DNA from: Trichomonas gallinae
Taxonomy: Eukaryota
DNA length: 38,574 bases
Assembly (NCBI GenBank): GCA_008369845.1
Contig: MRSU01003756.1
Coordinates: 1-38,574, forward strand
Direction: 5' to 3'
Shown: positions 20,666 through 30,630 of the stretch, in pieces
How the letters are laid out: each line of letters opens with the position of its first letter
Position numbering within the stretch: position 1 is the first letter of the stretch
The notes under the pieces: model-generated
The model's input: only the letters and a program-made list of their open reading frames with translations
Databases searched by the model: none
What the model was told of the DNA's origin: nothing
Translations under genes and position numbers: made by a program

Positions 20666-20944
20666 ATAGATGTAAACGCAAAAGGCAATAAAACTGTAAA
20701 ACTCCTTCGAGCAGATCCTGGAATGGATGAAAACACTAAAGACAACTTCAATAATACTGCTTTGATTTGGGCTTCATATAACGATCATCAAGAAGTGTTC
20801 AAACTCCCTATCATATTCAATTGAATAAATGTCAACATTAATAGCAAATACAACAATACGGCTTTGATTTTAGATTCAGAAAAATGTCATCATGAAGTTG
20901 TCAAACCCTTCCTCAGAGTTCATTCTATCCATATCATTTTTTAA
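20666..20944 (+). pseudogene. Ankyrin-repeat relic
   Basis: IDVNAKGNKTVKLLRADPGMDENTKDNFNNTALIWASYNDHQEVFKL...*INVNINSKYNNTALILDSEKCHHEVVK; in-frame stop and no N-terminal start. Confidence 0.85.
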
Positions 20945-21079
20945 ACTATGCGAAGTCTAAACTTTATATGCATAATATAAACACAAAGTCCGGTCAGTGA
21001 TGCTTGACTCAAAATTAAAAATGACATGTAAAATAATTTGTCATGTAAAATGGCGGAATTTTTGTGACCTGTGTCAGAA

Positions 21080-23104
21080 ATGATCGGCGAATTTGCTATG
21101 GAGTTTCCTCAGCTTTCTACTGGTACATTTGCCGACTATGGTGGTTCCTCGCCGATAAGTCAATCTCAAGTTGCGAAAATTGAAGAATTTTATACTGATC
21201 CAAGTTTATTTTATAATATTGGTGGCAAAAGAAGCAAAGCTCAGCAAGAAATTGACGCCTTTAAGCAAGAACTCCTCCATCTTTTCCACGTTGACGAAAA
21301 TTCTTACGATATTTTCTTCTATCATAATACATCAGCAGCAATTCGCGCTTTAGCTTATTCATTTCCATTTGGTGCTGGTGGAAAGTTCATCGAACATGCA
21401 GATACACACAATTCAATTCTCGGAATCAGAAAAATCGCTTTGGCCCGCGGCGCTGAAGTGCAACCGGTTGGTTCATATCCAAAAACAATCGGAAAGGCTC
21501 ACAACTTATTCGCTTATTCTCTTGAAAGCAACTTCAGCGGTAAAAAATATCCACTTGATTGGTGCAATCAATTCATTGGACAAAGTAAACCAGAAGAAGG
21601 CCTCTTCTGCCATGTTTTGTTTGATGCCGCTGCATATGTTCCTACATGCGACTTAGATTTATCGAAAAATCCTGCGCAATATGTTGTGTTTTCGCTTTTG
21701 AAGATGTTTGGCACACCAGGAGGTGTTCTTTTGGTGCGTCATGATGCTATGTCATTCCTAAGCGGACTCTCTCAGCTTCCTTACAATGAAATTTCTGTAA
21801 TTGCTGCTCGTGCTGGTCTTCAGGTTAGAAATTCAATTGAGAAGACATTAGATAAACCAATTTCACAGCATGTTTTCGAACTTGCTGATGATTTTGCAAA
21901 TAGACTTAAAAATCTCAAGCATTACAACGGAAAACCAGTCTTTGAGCTATATCCAGCTGAAAGATCCAAGAATCCATTAGAACAAGGTGGCATTGTCGCA
22001 TTTAATATCAGAAATTCTTTTGGCGGCCCAATTCCTCATGATGGAATCTTCACCAGCGCCACAGCTAACTCTGTTTACGTTAGATTTGGTGTCCACTGCA
22101 ACCCAGGAGGCACATATATGGCTTTGGGCTGGAAACCAGCAGATATCTACAAAGCAACTCGCGCGCACGAGGCATCATGCAGTTTAACAGCATCAATAAT
22201 GGAAGGCAGACACGTTGGCTCAGTCAGAGTCAGTTTCGGCTACCAATCAACAAAAGAAGATGTTGACAGACTTTCGGAATTCTTCGAGAGTCATTTTTGC
22301 GAGAAAGAAACACAAAAAATCGTCTCAAGCGAGAGCTACAAGCTGAAGCACATGATAATACACCCAGTCAAAGGCCTGCAAGGCTTCGAAGTCGTCTTAG
22401 ACGAAAACACTCCTCAGTGGAAACTCGTCGCAACAGGTCTGCAATACGACTCTACTTGGGCGATTGCAGACGAAATGTCTACATTACTCGATAGACAGAG
22501 ATGCCCGCTTCTTGCTAGAATGTCTACAAAAATAGAGAACAACGAGCTCACTATAACAAGCGTAGATGGAAGGGAGCTCAAAATACCAGCAAACGAAACC
22601 CCACGTGGAACAGATTTCACGTCTTCAACAGTTTGCCACGAGAAAATCTCTGGAGTCATCTATGGTCCGGAAGTCAATGAGTGGCTCACTGATGTTTTGG
22701 GCCGCAAGGCGATTTTGGTTAAGGTCTCGCAAAGAGATATGAATACATTCAGATGCTTCTTCACTGAGTCACTTAAAAAGTGCTGTGTTGAAGATTTAGA
22801 GCAGTTATACGCGCACTTCATTTTCGAGAGCAAAGTTGCCTTCGAAGAAGACTATTTATTAGGAAAAGACATGATAATGTCTGACTGCGAGTTCCATGTT
22901 TCTAAAAGACTCCCAGCGACAACAGATATGATGATTGATCCAAGAAAACAAGGAGAAACGGCCGAGCCTCTCAAAACCGTCTGTCTTCTGCACAGTCCAG
23001 CTGGTGGACCTATATTTGGCATGGAGATTACTGGAAAGTTCAGACCTTCAAGGAAGAACCCGAAGGAAATTAAAATGGGAGCAGAACTTGTAATTAAACA
23101 TTGA
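21080..23104 (+). CDS. Molybdenum cofactor sulfurase-like protein (NifS-like + MOSC domains, ~674 aa)
   Basis: HNSILGIR, ESNFSGKKYPL, FDAAAYV, KMFG PLP lysine, QGGIVAFN, VHCNPGG, GSVRVSFGY, then MOSC_N-like HPVKG...GLQYDSTW; ATG 21080 follows TCAGAA. Confidence 0.88.
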   Translation: MIGEFAMEFPQLSTGTFADYGGSSPISQSQVAKIEEFYTDPSLFYNIGGKRSKAQQEIDAFKQELLHLFHVDENSYDIFFYHNTSAAIRALAYSFPFGAGGKFIEHADTHNSILGIRKIALARGAEVQPVGSYPKTIGKAHNLFAYSLESNFSGKKYPLDWCNQFIGQSKPEEGLFCHVLFDAAAYVPTCDLDLSKNPAQYVVFSLLKMFGTPGGVLLVRHDAMSFLSGLSQLPYNEISVIAARAGLQVRNSIEKTLDKPISQHVFELADDFANRLKNLKHYNGKPVFELYPAERSKNPLEQGGIVAFNIRNSFGGPIPHDGIFTSATANSVYVRFGVHCNPGGTYMALGWKPADIYKATRAHEASCSLTASIMEGRHVGSVRVSFGYQSTKEDVDRLSEFFESHFCEKETQKIVSSESYKLKHMIIHPVKGLQGFEVVLDENTPQWKLVATGLQYDSTWAIADEMSTLLDRQRCPLLARMSTKIENNELTITSVDGRELKIPANETPRGTDFTSSTVCHEKISGVIYGPEVNEWLTDVLGRKAILVKVSQRDMNTFRCFFTESLKKCCVEDLEQLYAHFIFESKVAFEEDYLLGKDMIMSDCEFHVSKRLPATTDMMIDPRKQGETAEPLKTVCLLHSPAGGPIFGMEITGKFRPSRKNPKEIKMGAELVIKH

Positions 23105-23602
23105 TATATATTTTTATTGCAGTTCTTTATATTATTTCATATTATAAAACATAAACTTTTCTCTCAAATCTCTACTATTACATTGAATGAATGCCTTAAA
23201 TTATGGAATTTGAACATTTAAAGATCTGCAAAAGCACCATTTATTGAATGCAAATCATTTATAATAAAGTAGCAATCAAAGTATAGAGTGTTTTTTAGAA
23301 ATTTCTTTGCTTTTAGAAGTATCAACTTTGTTTTCGCCTCTTCACCAAATGATCGTATCTGACTAATTCAAAATGATGCAGTTCGGACAGTTCTTATTAG
23401 GCTTCATGGAGATCTTTAAGAAGAAAACAAGCTGATTTTTCAGACACCATGTTTAAACATTTTCATCTGATTTATTTTATAGATTTTAATCATTATCATC
23501 AAAAGCTAAACATTTACTGCCAAACATTACTACAATTTAGGCTGTTATACTACAGGCATTTGAGTATATTTTAGACAAACAGATCTTTGAGTATGAATAA
23601 TA

Positions 23603-23858
23603 TTACTCTGCGAAGTTATCAGCAACGAATTTCTCCAACTTGAATATATCTTCGATTGTTGTGTATGCACCGATATATATTCTAATAGCACCGAGTGGAA
23701 CGCAATCTATTATATCTATAGCATCATGGCATGAAGTCTTCTTGTAGTCGAGAACCAGTGTAATCGAGATATGTAGATCCATTGAGATGAACCATGTCTT
23801 GGCGGCGAATATCTGTCAACTTTCCATCAAAGACGACTTTTTTTAATAATAGCATCAT
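23603..23858 (-). pseudogene. Internally deleted MOCOS/NifS-like paralog
   Basis: N-terminal FDGKLTDIRRQDMVHLNGSTYLDYTGS is joined out of frame at ~23750 to C-terminal KKTSCHDAIDIIDCVPLGAIRIYIGAYTTIEDIFKLEKFVADNFAE*. Confidence 0.85.
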
Positions 23859-23873
23859 AATGGGTGATTTTGT

Positions 23874-24270
23874 TCAATCTGTCAAATAGACATCGAATTA
23901 TTGTAAGCACATATTCCAAACTGGTGCAAGGAGCCGATGAAGCTTCCATATCCGTTGTGAATGAGATGTGTTGCAGTGATTTTTGTAAAAAATGAGATTC
24001 AATTTGCGAATTGCATGAGTTTTTCTTCAATGACTCATCATTTGACAGTTGATGCTGATTACTGTGAGCTACATCTTGGTGCTTCAGACATCGAAGCGAG
24101 TCTTTTATGTTTTCTCAAATTATCCCGAAAATTAAACATATCAATAGCAATTACTGAGGCTCAAAAAGTGGTACTAACTCAATATTTCTGATGTTTACAA
24201 AAGATATGAGTTTGCCTTTGGTGGTCAGGAAATTTCATGATATATGACTAAACACATATTATCCATTTTC
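23874..24270 (+). pseudogene. Possible degenerate Hsp70/Hsp110-family fragment
   Basis: Ordered motifs SVVNE, LHLGASDIEASLLCF and FGGQEIS*YMTKH resemble IINE, FDLGGGTFDVS and LGGEDFD; frameshifts and stops present. Confidence 0.3.
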
Positions 24271-24433
24271 AGACATAATGAGGCTATAATATAAACCCTA
24301 CTCGTTCATCACACCTAGTTGAAATTTTAAACGAGCACTTTGAAGAGCTGATTCAAGGTGCTTTGCTGTTTTGACATGTAAATTTAACTTCTTGCCACTT
24401 TACATGACAGAATCTTAAAAGTAACAAATAATT

Positions 24434-25969
24434 ATGTGTGAAGTTTTATCATTCGACAAAGTTGACAGTTTTGAAGCAGGAAGCGAGATAATTGGTAGGA
24501 ACAGTGCGTTCATTGTAGATCCGTCGTTTCAGATGCTCACGATCTTCTCAAAATTCGAAAAAAGAATAGTTCCAATTTCTGAACTGGGGTTGTTGCCATC
24601 AACTGATAAAATCAATCACATTGACTATATACAGAACGATGTATTATTTATTTATGCGACAAAACGCAAAATGCCGATTGGCTTCATTTATAATCTCGAC
24701 ATTTACAACGAAAATTACTTATTGCCACAAATCGTTGAGTTTGAGTTAAGTTCTCTTTCATTCCATAGAAAAATATTGGGCGCATTCGTTCCTTTTGATG
24801 AAGTTTTTTACGTAGTCTCCGAAGAAGGCGTTTCATGCTTCAATATGCATTTCCTTGAGATTCATTACATGAGAACAACAATAACAAGCTGCTGCTTTTA
24901 TCAAAACTACTTATGTTTCACTGATAATTTGTATATCAATGTTTATCGCATCGATCATCCAAAGGAAATGTTCAGAGTCAACCAAAAAACCATAGATAAT
25001 CTTGGTTCTCCGGTTAAAATCCTCGGGTTGTCACATTGTTTATTATTATTTTTCCCGGACAAAGAAAAAAGGGCTGTTATACAAAAAGTTATCTTTGAGA
25101 CTCAAAAGAGCGTCGTTTCTACATCAGTATCCAATTATTTCCCTGAAAGCAAGAATTTCTCAGATTTATCCTTTTCTGTTTATGATAATTTACTTATGAC
25201 TTACGACAAGAGCGTCAAAAAGTGCATTCTCATAGATATGTATGAATCAGCTGAAATTATCATCGGAAATTCATTTTCTGTTGATATTCCAATTATTTCT
25301 ATAATTAACAGCAATCAATTGATTTCTAATGACTCTATATACAGTATACAGCCTAAGTATACTATGATTAACAGCTCAGATTGTAATTTGATCGCTGCTT
25401 TATTCAGAAGATCAAATTCATTGTCGCACGCGATTGCATTATTTACCAAACTGCTGAAAAATTCCCTCACTATTGTTAAAATGTCGAATATCATCGACTC
25501 CATTGCTCCATCTGCTACTTCTCCATACGCACAAGTTAGATTTGTTCACGCAATTCAATTTTCGGGCATTGTTGATCCGCATTTGATTCTTCTGGCTCTT
25601 CTAAGGTATTCTATGATACTTGGAGACAAAATGGTCGACGATGCGCAAATTTGCATTATTCAATCTTTGGCTCATCCATCATGCAGACATACAATGAAGG
25701 ATCTTATATCAGTATGGGGTATGAACCTCAACGAGAAAATGATGAAATATTTAGTTACAAAACTTGATGAAACTTTTTGGTATTCTCTTGCTGTTTCAAG
25801 CGATATTCTCCTTTTTGCGAAGGTTTGCATTGATGAATTCAAGAAAGAAGCCGCAAGAAAGATGCTAATCAAATATTCTCTTGATGGAGGAGAAAGCGTT
25901 TTAGATTTTCAAGAAACCAAGCAGTTATTTATCAAGAAGTTTGATGAGGATCCATTAATCCCATCATAA
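24434..25969 (+). CDS. RMC1/Mic1-like protein (regulator of Mon1-Ccz1), beta-propeller plus helical domain (511 aa)
   Basis: FSVYDNLLMTY...ILIDM, LIAALFRRSNS and LILLALLRYSMIL parallel RMC1 motifs (LNVVDNLVVVH...FDI, LMDFLLQR, VIAVLMEYIRSL), recalled from memory. Confidence 0.55.
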   Translation: MCEVLSFDKVDSFEAGSEIIGRNSAFIVDPSFQMLTIFSKFEKRIVPISELGLLPSTDKINHIDYIQNDVLFIYATKRKMPIGFIYNLDIYNENYLLPQIVEFELSSLSFHRKILGAFVPFDEVFYVVSEEGVSCFNMHFLEIHYMRTTITSCCFYQNYLCFTDNLYINVYRIDHPKEMFRVNQKTIDNLGSPVKILGLSHCLLLFFPDKEKRAVIQKVIFETQKSVVSTSVSNYFPESKNFSDLSFSVYDNLLMTYDKSVKKCILIDMYESAEIIIGNSFSVDIPIISIINSNQLISNDSIYSIQPKYTMINSSDCNLIAALFRRSNSLSHAIALFTKLLKNSLTIVKMSNIIDSIAPSATSPYAQVRFVHAIQFSGIVDPHLILLALLRYSMILGDKMVDDAQICIIQSLAHPSCRHTMKDLISVWGMNLNEKMMKYLVTKLDETFWYSLAVSSDILLFAKVCIDEFKKEAARKMLIKYSLDGGESVLDFQETKQLFIKKFDEDPLIPS

Positions 25970-26152
25970 GCAATCTTTCTCGCTCATTTGTTTTAAAAAT
26001 TATATGTTTGTTAAAATTTTTACTTTCTAATGATATTCATGTTCCATATCATTGCATGGTGCATTAATGATCAAAAATTATTAATTTTTTATGAATCATC
26101 AAAAAAATTTCAATAAACAGACTCAATATCAGCAGAATGGAAATATAGTTAT

Positions 26153-26255
26153 CTTAAAGATACTTATACTTGCACAGCGCTGATGATTGGCCAATCTGCT
26201 TGAGTGTGAAAAAAAATTCATTGATGTTTGCGCAATTTTGATGATTCATGCATAG
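26153..26255 (+). pseudogene. Probable ankyrin-repeat relic
   Basis: LKDTYTCTALMIG, then after a frameshift FIDVCAILMIHA*. Confidence 0.4.
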
Positions 26256-27303
26256 CATAGAAGAAAAAAGCGAGATAATGAGAATGCACATCGCGAATTT
26301 ATGAATTTAATCAAGAAAATAATATTTTGTTCATCGGAATCGTATATATTATATTTCACGATGAGCTATTCTTAAATTCATGAGGTAAACGAATGAAGCT
26401 CATTTCCGTTTCTAATTCAAATTTTGGAGTTAAAACAATTTGTTATTTAATTAACAATTCATCGAATATGTTCTCTGTTACATGCAGCAATATTTTCAAG
26501 ATATTGCATTTCATTAATTAGCTTACTTCATTAAGTTATATTCATTGTCAGAATTTAGATCAATGGTTGTTAGTGACAAAATAAGTAGAATGAATAAGCG
26601 AAGTTGGTCAGAACATAACGAATTTTAAAGCGGAATTCGATTTCAAAATATTTCATTTGTTTAAAGTCACCAAAATTAAACCATTGAATTGATGTATATG
26701 AAGCAGGCCATTCTTTTGCCAAGAATCCACTTTTTTTTTCCGATCTTTGACATTTTATTGAAAATACAACGACATAAATAGAAAAATGAACATATTATTA
26801 TTTTCATATAGAATCAATTCGATCACTATTATAATTACATGACAAATTTATTGCGAAATCTGCCATGTAAGTGATAAAAATGTCGTTGTGAAATGAAATT
26901 GGAAAATACGAGCTAATTATGTTATTAGTTATAATATCATTTAAATTTTTTAAAAGGTTTCAAAAGTGACCAACATTTTTTTCGCGAACTGTGGCAAATT
27001 TATAATGGTACGCTAATGTACTATCAAAATAAATTTGAAAAACAAAGAAAAATTCGATAACGGCCGAAAACCGTTATATTCAAAAAAGTATCTGTCAATA
27101 ATCTGCATATCAAGAATAACAAATCCAAAATCGAAACCTTCAAAAAAATAAATAGTAAAAATTTAATCCATTCTATAGATAATTCAGAAAAGGATGGAGT
27201 TAATTAAGGTGAAATTCAAGGTAAAATAATTTTTTCTGATGTTTACAAAAGAATTCTGATATTTACAAATCGAATATTGATAAAAGATAACACAAGATTT
27301 CAG

Positions 27304-28335
27304 ATGGATGATTTAGCGGGCGATCTTTACAAAAGTTGGAATGGAGCGCCTCCTGATGTACCAGAGATGTTCATTCCACTTGATCTGCCGAAGTTTAACT
27401 ATCCAAATGACTACGCGAACAACTTTAACAAAGATCCATTCGGAATGTTAACTATTGCTATGGCAACGGATTCAAATATTGTACATTTGGCCAACCTTGG
27501 ACCATATTTATTCTATTGCAAGGGTATTTATCCATCAACAATGTCAAAACTTATATTTGGACAACAATTTCCTTTCGAATCTCGTTCGTTCCTATACTTT
27601 TATTTCTCATCAATCAACCACGAATATATGAAATTATCAGACTCAATATACTACTGCCTCTCAAGAATTGCTTTTCCTGACAATAAAGAAATATTACAAT
27701 TAATCATTGATATTTTCGCGTCGGTGTTCAAAACATGCAATCCGACACTTGAATTTGACCTGCCGACTCTTTCTGGTTTGATTAAAGCCATTATAATCCA
27801 ATCTGGAATGGCTGTGCCTTCTAAAAAGTATCCCAAGTCAAAATTCATGGAGATTACGGACAAGCTCAATATAAAAAAGGAGTACAAAGAAAGAATTTTC
27901 AACGATGTTGATAAAAGGCCAGTTCCGGTATTTTTCACTTTTACACACTTCAATTCTCCTCCTGAATACGAGAAGAGGGGAATGCTGAAGAAGATCGGAG
28001 GCCTCTTCAAGACGAAGAAAGATCGTTGCTTTGCTATTGAAGGTTTTGTTTTGAAATATTATCATGACAATACAATGAAAGACCAAATTGGCGAATTAGA
28101 TATACCTGGTACAGTATCTTCATACCAACCAGCGCAAAAGAAAGATCCCGAGCACCTTCTTATTCGAAAGATTGGCGGAGGATCCCTCGGTTATAAGATT
28201 TCCAAGGAAGGTATTCGTAAGAAGAGTAACCACTCTGATTATGTGGCGTACTCCGATAGAGCAGATATTACATCTTGGGCAAATAATCTGAATTTGATTG
28301 CCTTCTGGCAGGCTGTTTATGAGCTTATACCATAA
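27304..28335 (+). CDS. Cytohesin-like Sec7 + PH domain protein, degenerate Sec7 (~343 aa)
   Basis: [27 protein letters not shown] aligns to the Sec7 motif [49 protein letters not shown] matches the start of the cytohesin PH domain; first ATG at 27304. Confidence 0.7.
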   Translation: [343 protein letters not shown]

Positions 28336-28885
28336 AACTTCTTTCTAATAGAATTAAACTATTATTATATACGGTTCTAACATTTCTTATCCGATTAATC
28401 TTTTTTCGTAGTTAATGCTTCTTTCTTCCATAGATTAAATCCGACATGGAAATTGAACTCGAAAGATTTATCCGAAACTCTGTCATTGACATATGAAATC
28501 GAATTATTAATTCACGCTCTCGACTTTCATGCGATTCCATCCAAAATTATTCATGAAAATGCTTACATTTATAAATAATAAACTAATTAACGCTAATAAT
28601 TAGTAATCAAAATCAAATAAGGAATTTTTCCAAACAAAATCTTACATGAACTGTGCCTGGAACAGCTATCAAATTTTTATTTCTAAGCTAATTTCCTTAT
28701 TTCCATGTTCAATAGAGTCAAAATCAAGGTTGTAACTTGGAAAATCGAAATTTTCATGGACTTATTAAAGGATTCGGTCCTCTTTCGCACATATTATTAG
28801 ACATAGCGATCTCTATTAACTATTTCTTGGATATGCAAAAACACCTCATTTATATCTATAAACCAGATTTCGCAACTAATTTATT

Positions 28886-29085
28886 ACCCCTGTTTATTTT
28901 TGATAACCCCTCTATATTTAATATTTACATCCCCTATTTATTATATTTAACCCCTTAATTTTAATCAACCCCTTTTTATTTTATCCAACCCCATTATAAA
29001 TTAAATAATAATCCCTTCATATTTTGGTTAAACCCTTTATAAATTATAATTCATCCCCTTTTTATTATGGCCAGCCCCTTTATAA
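28886..29085 (+). repeat. Phased array of 10 C-tracts (five paired sites) upstream of the DZIP1-like gene
   Basis: CCC(C) tracts start at 28887, 28907, 28931, 28951, 28969, 28989, 29013, 29033, 29055 and 29075. Confidence 0.85.
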
Positions 29086-29112
29086 TTTTGCGCACGTTAA
29101 ATTTATAAAAAC

Positions 29113-30387
29113 ATGCAAAATCTTTTACTTATTGATAATTCGAGGGTAGATCAGTTCAACCATAAGCTCCATGATGGGATTGATTGGGGATTAGTGCAAA
29201 AAACCGATCCAATTATGTTAAAAGAAACCCAAGATTACGATACAATGCAGGAATTCATCAACAGCTTTACGTTTGCAAATCTAAATGATAGAGATCGACG
29301 AATGTTTGGAAATCCACTTTGTGTGCAACTAATAGATAATCTACAAACAACAATAAAATATATGTTCGATTGTCAAGACTTTCTATTAGACGAAATACAT
29401 AAATTAAAACAACTAAATAGAGCAATGAAGAAGAAGATCAAACTTTTGTATGATTCGAAAGAAAGAGATCAAGCCTTACTTAGAGATGCTTATCATGAAT
29501 ACGAAAAGTGCCCAATTTGCGGTAAAAAGTTCCAAGCGCTGAAATATGTTGATCAGCACATACAGAAGACCCATCCATCGCACGTAGATGCATGGACATC
29601 GCTAAGAGTTGATCATCCACTTCCTCAAAGGGCGGAAGCTGAAAAGCTCAAAAAAGAAATCGACATGCTTAAGACTACATTGCTGGAACAGACTCGCGCT
29701 TTCACGACAACTATGGAGAAGTTCAGAATTCAGCAGCAGATATTCAGAAAACAGCAAGACGAGAAGGCGAAGACTGATTATCCTAAGCTAGACTTCTACG
29801 AGTATAATCCTAAGATGCAGTCTCAACCAAATCCATTGCAGACGGTCAAAGCGAGAATCCCGCTGACGCAAGATGTGCTGCATGTTGAATTCGACAGCAG
29901 TTTCTTGACAGAGTCAGGAGATGGAAATATGGATATCGAGGAAGAAATAAGGAGAATCAACAAGCAAGTCGCGAAGAAAGTCAACGAAATCAGGCTCGGA
30001 CATCCTGTTAATTATATTACACCAAGACAAACTGCTAAGATTCTCGATTTTGACAACGAAAAGTATCAAAGAGTTAAAAGAGCGGCAAGGCATCAGCTTC
30101 AGAACGATTTTCCACTACAAGAGAAGAAGAAATCGGAAAAATCTCAAGAAAAAACTACTTCGAAGTCATATGCAACCGAAACTGCAATAGACAAGCAGCA
30201 GAGTCTTGATCAATCAAAACCTATCAAACAGCAAGCAACAATGAGCTCTATATCAAACTCAACACTCTCATCGCATTCCCATAAGAAAGAAAAAGACTCG
30301 CAGTCAAAGAAATCGATCTCTAATGCATCATTATCCACCAAAGATGAAGAAGACTCAATATCAGACATGTTTGTTGTTGACAACTAA
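29113..30387 (+). CDS. DZIP1/Iguana-like protein (Dzip-like N domain, coiled coil, C2H2 zinc finger; 424 aa)
   Basis: IDWGLVQKTD...QEFINSFTFANL...LQTTIKYMFDCQDFL matches the Dzip-like_N pattern; zinc finger CPICGKKFQALKYVDQHIQKTH. Confidence 0.8.
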   Translation: MQNLLLIDNSRVDQFNHKLHDGIDWGLVQKTDPIMLKETQDYDTMQEFINSFTFANLNDRDRRMFGNPLCVQLIDNLQTTIKYMFDCQDFLLDEIHKLKQLNRAMKKKIKLLYDSKERDQALLRDAYHEYEKCPICGKKFQALKYVDQHIQKTHPSHVDAWTSLRVDHPLPQRAEAEKLKKEIDMLKTTLLEQTRAFTTTMEKFRIQQQIFRKQQDEKAKTDYPKLDFYEYNPKMQSQPNPLQTVKARIPLTQDVLHVEFDSSFLTESGDGNMDIEEEIRRINKQVAKKVNEIRLGHPVNYITPRQTAKILDFDNEKYQRVKRAARHQLQNDFPLQEKKKSEKSQEKTTSKSYATETAIDKQQSLDQSKPIKQQATMSSISNSTLSSHSHKKEKDSQSKKSISNASLSTKDEEDSISDMFVVDN

Positions 30388-30462
30388 GATACTTTCTGTT
30401 ATATTTGTTGTATTGTTTTTGCTATTTATGTTTATATATAAAAATCGAAATCATTTTAGTTT

Positions 30463-30630
30463 AAAGACAAGAAGAACAAATTTACATTGAAGAGTAGTAA
30501 TTTGCACATATAAATAACATGATAATTGGCTGAACACAAATTTTCATCTGTGAATTGTTGGTTAGTGGTCTTTAGGACAACTGGTTCTAAATATATAATA
30601 ATGATTACCCTATGCACTATGCAGGTTAAT
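30463..30630 (+). pseudogene. Probable highly decayed ankyrin relic
   Basis: Fragments KDKKNK, FICELLVSG and NNDYPMHYAG*, interrupted by stops. Confidence 0.4.

Noticed and set aside
26340..26753. Possible minus-strand gene relic starting at ATG 26753
   Set aside because: Short open stretches in several frames with no recognisable family.
28737..28958. 73-aa ORF
   Set aside because: TTG start and runs through the AT/C-tract array; compositional artefact.
28886..29085. CRISPR array, telomeric repeat or G-quadruplex interpretation of the C-tract array
   Set aside because: No conserved 23-47 bp repeat with unique spacers and no cas genes; no TTAGGG-type units; 14-21 nt loops are too long for a typical stable G4.
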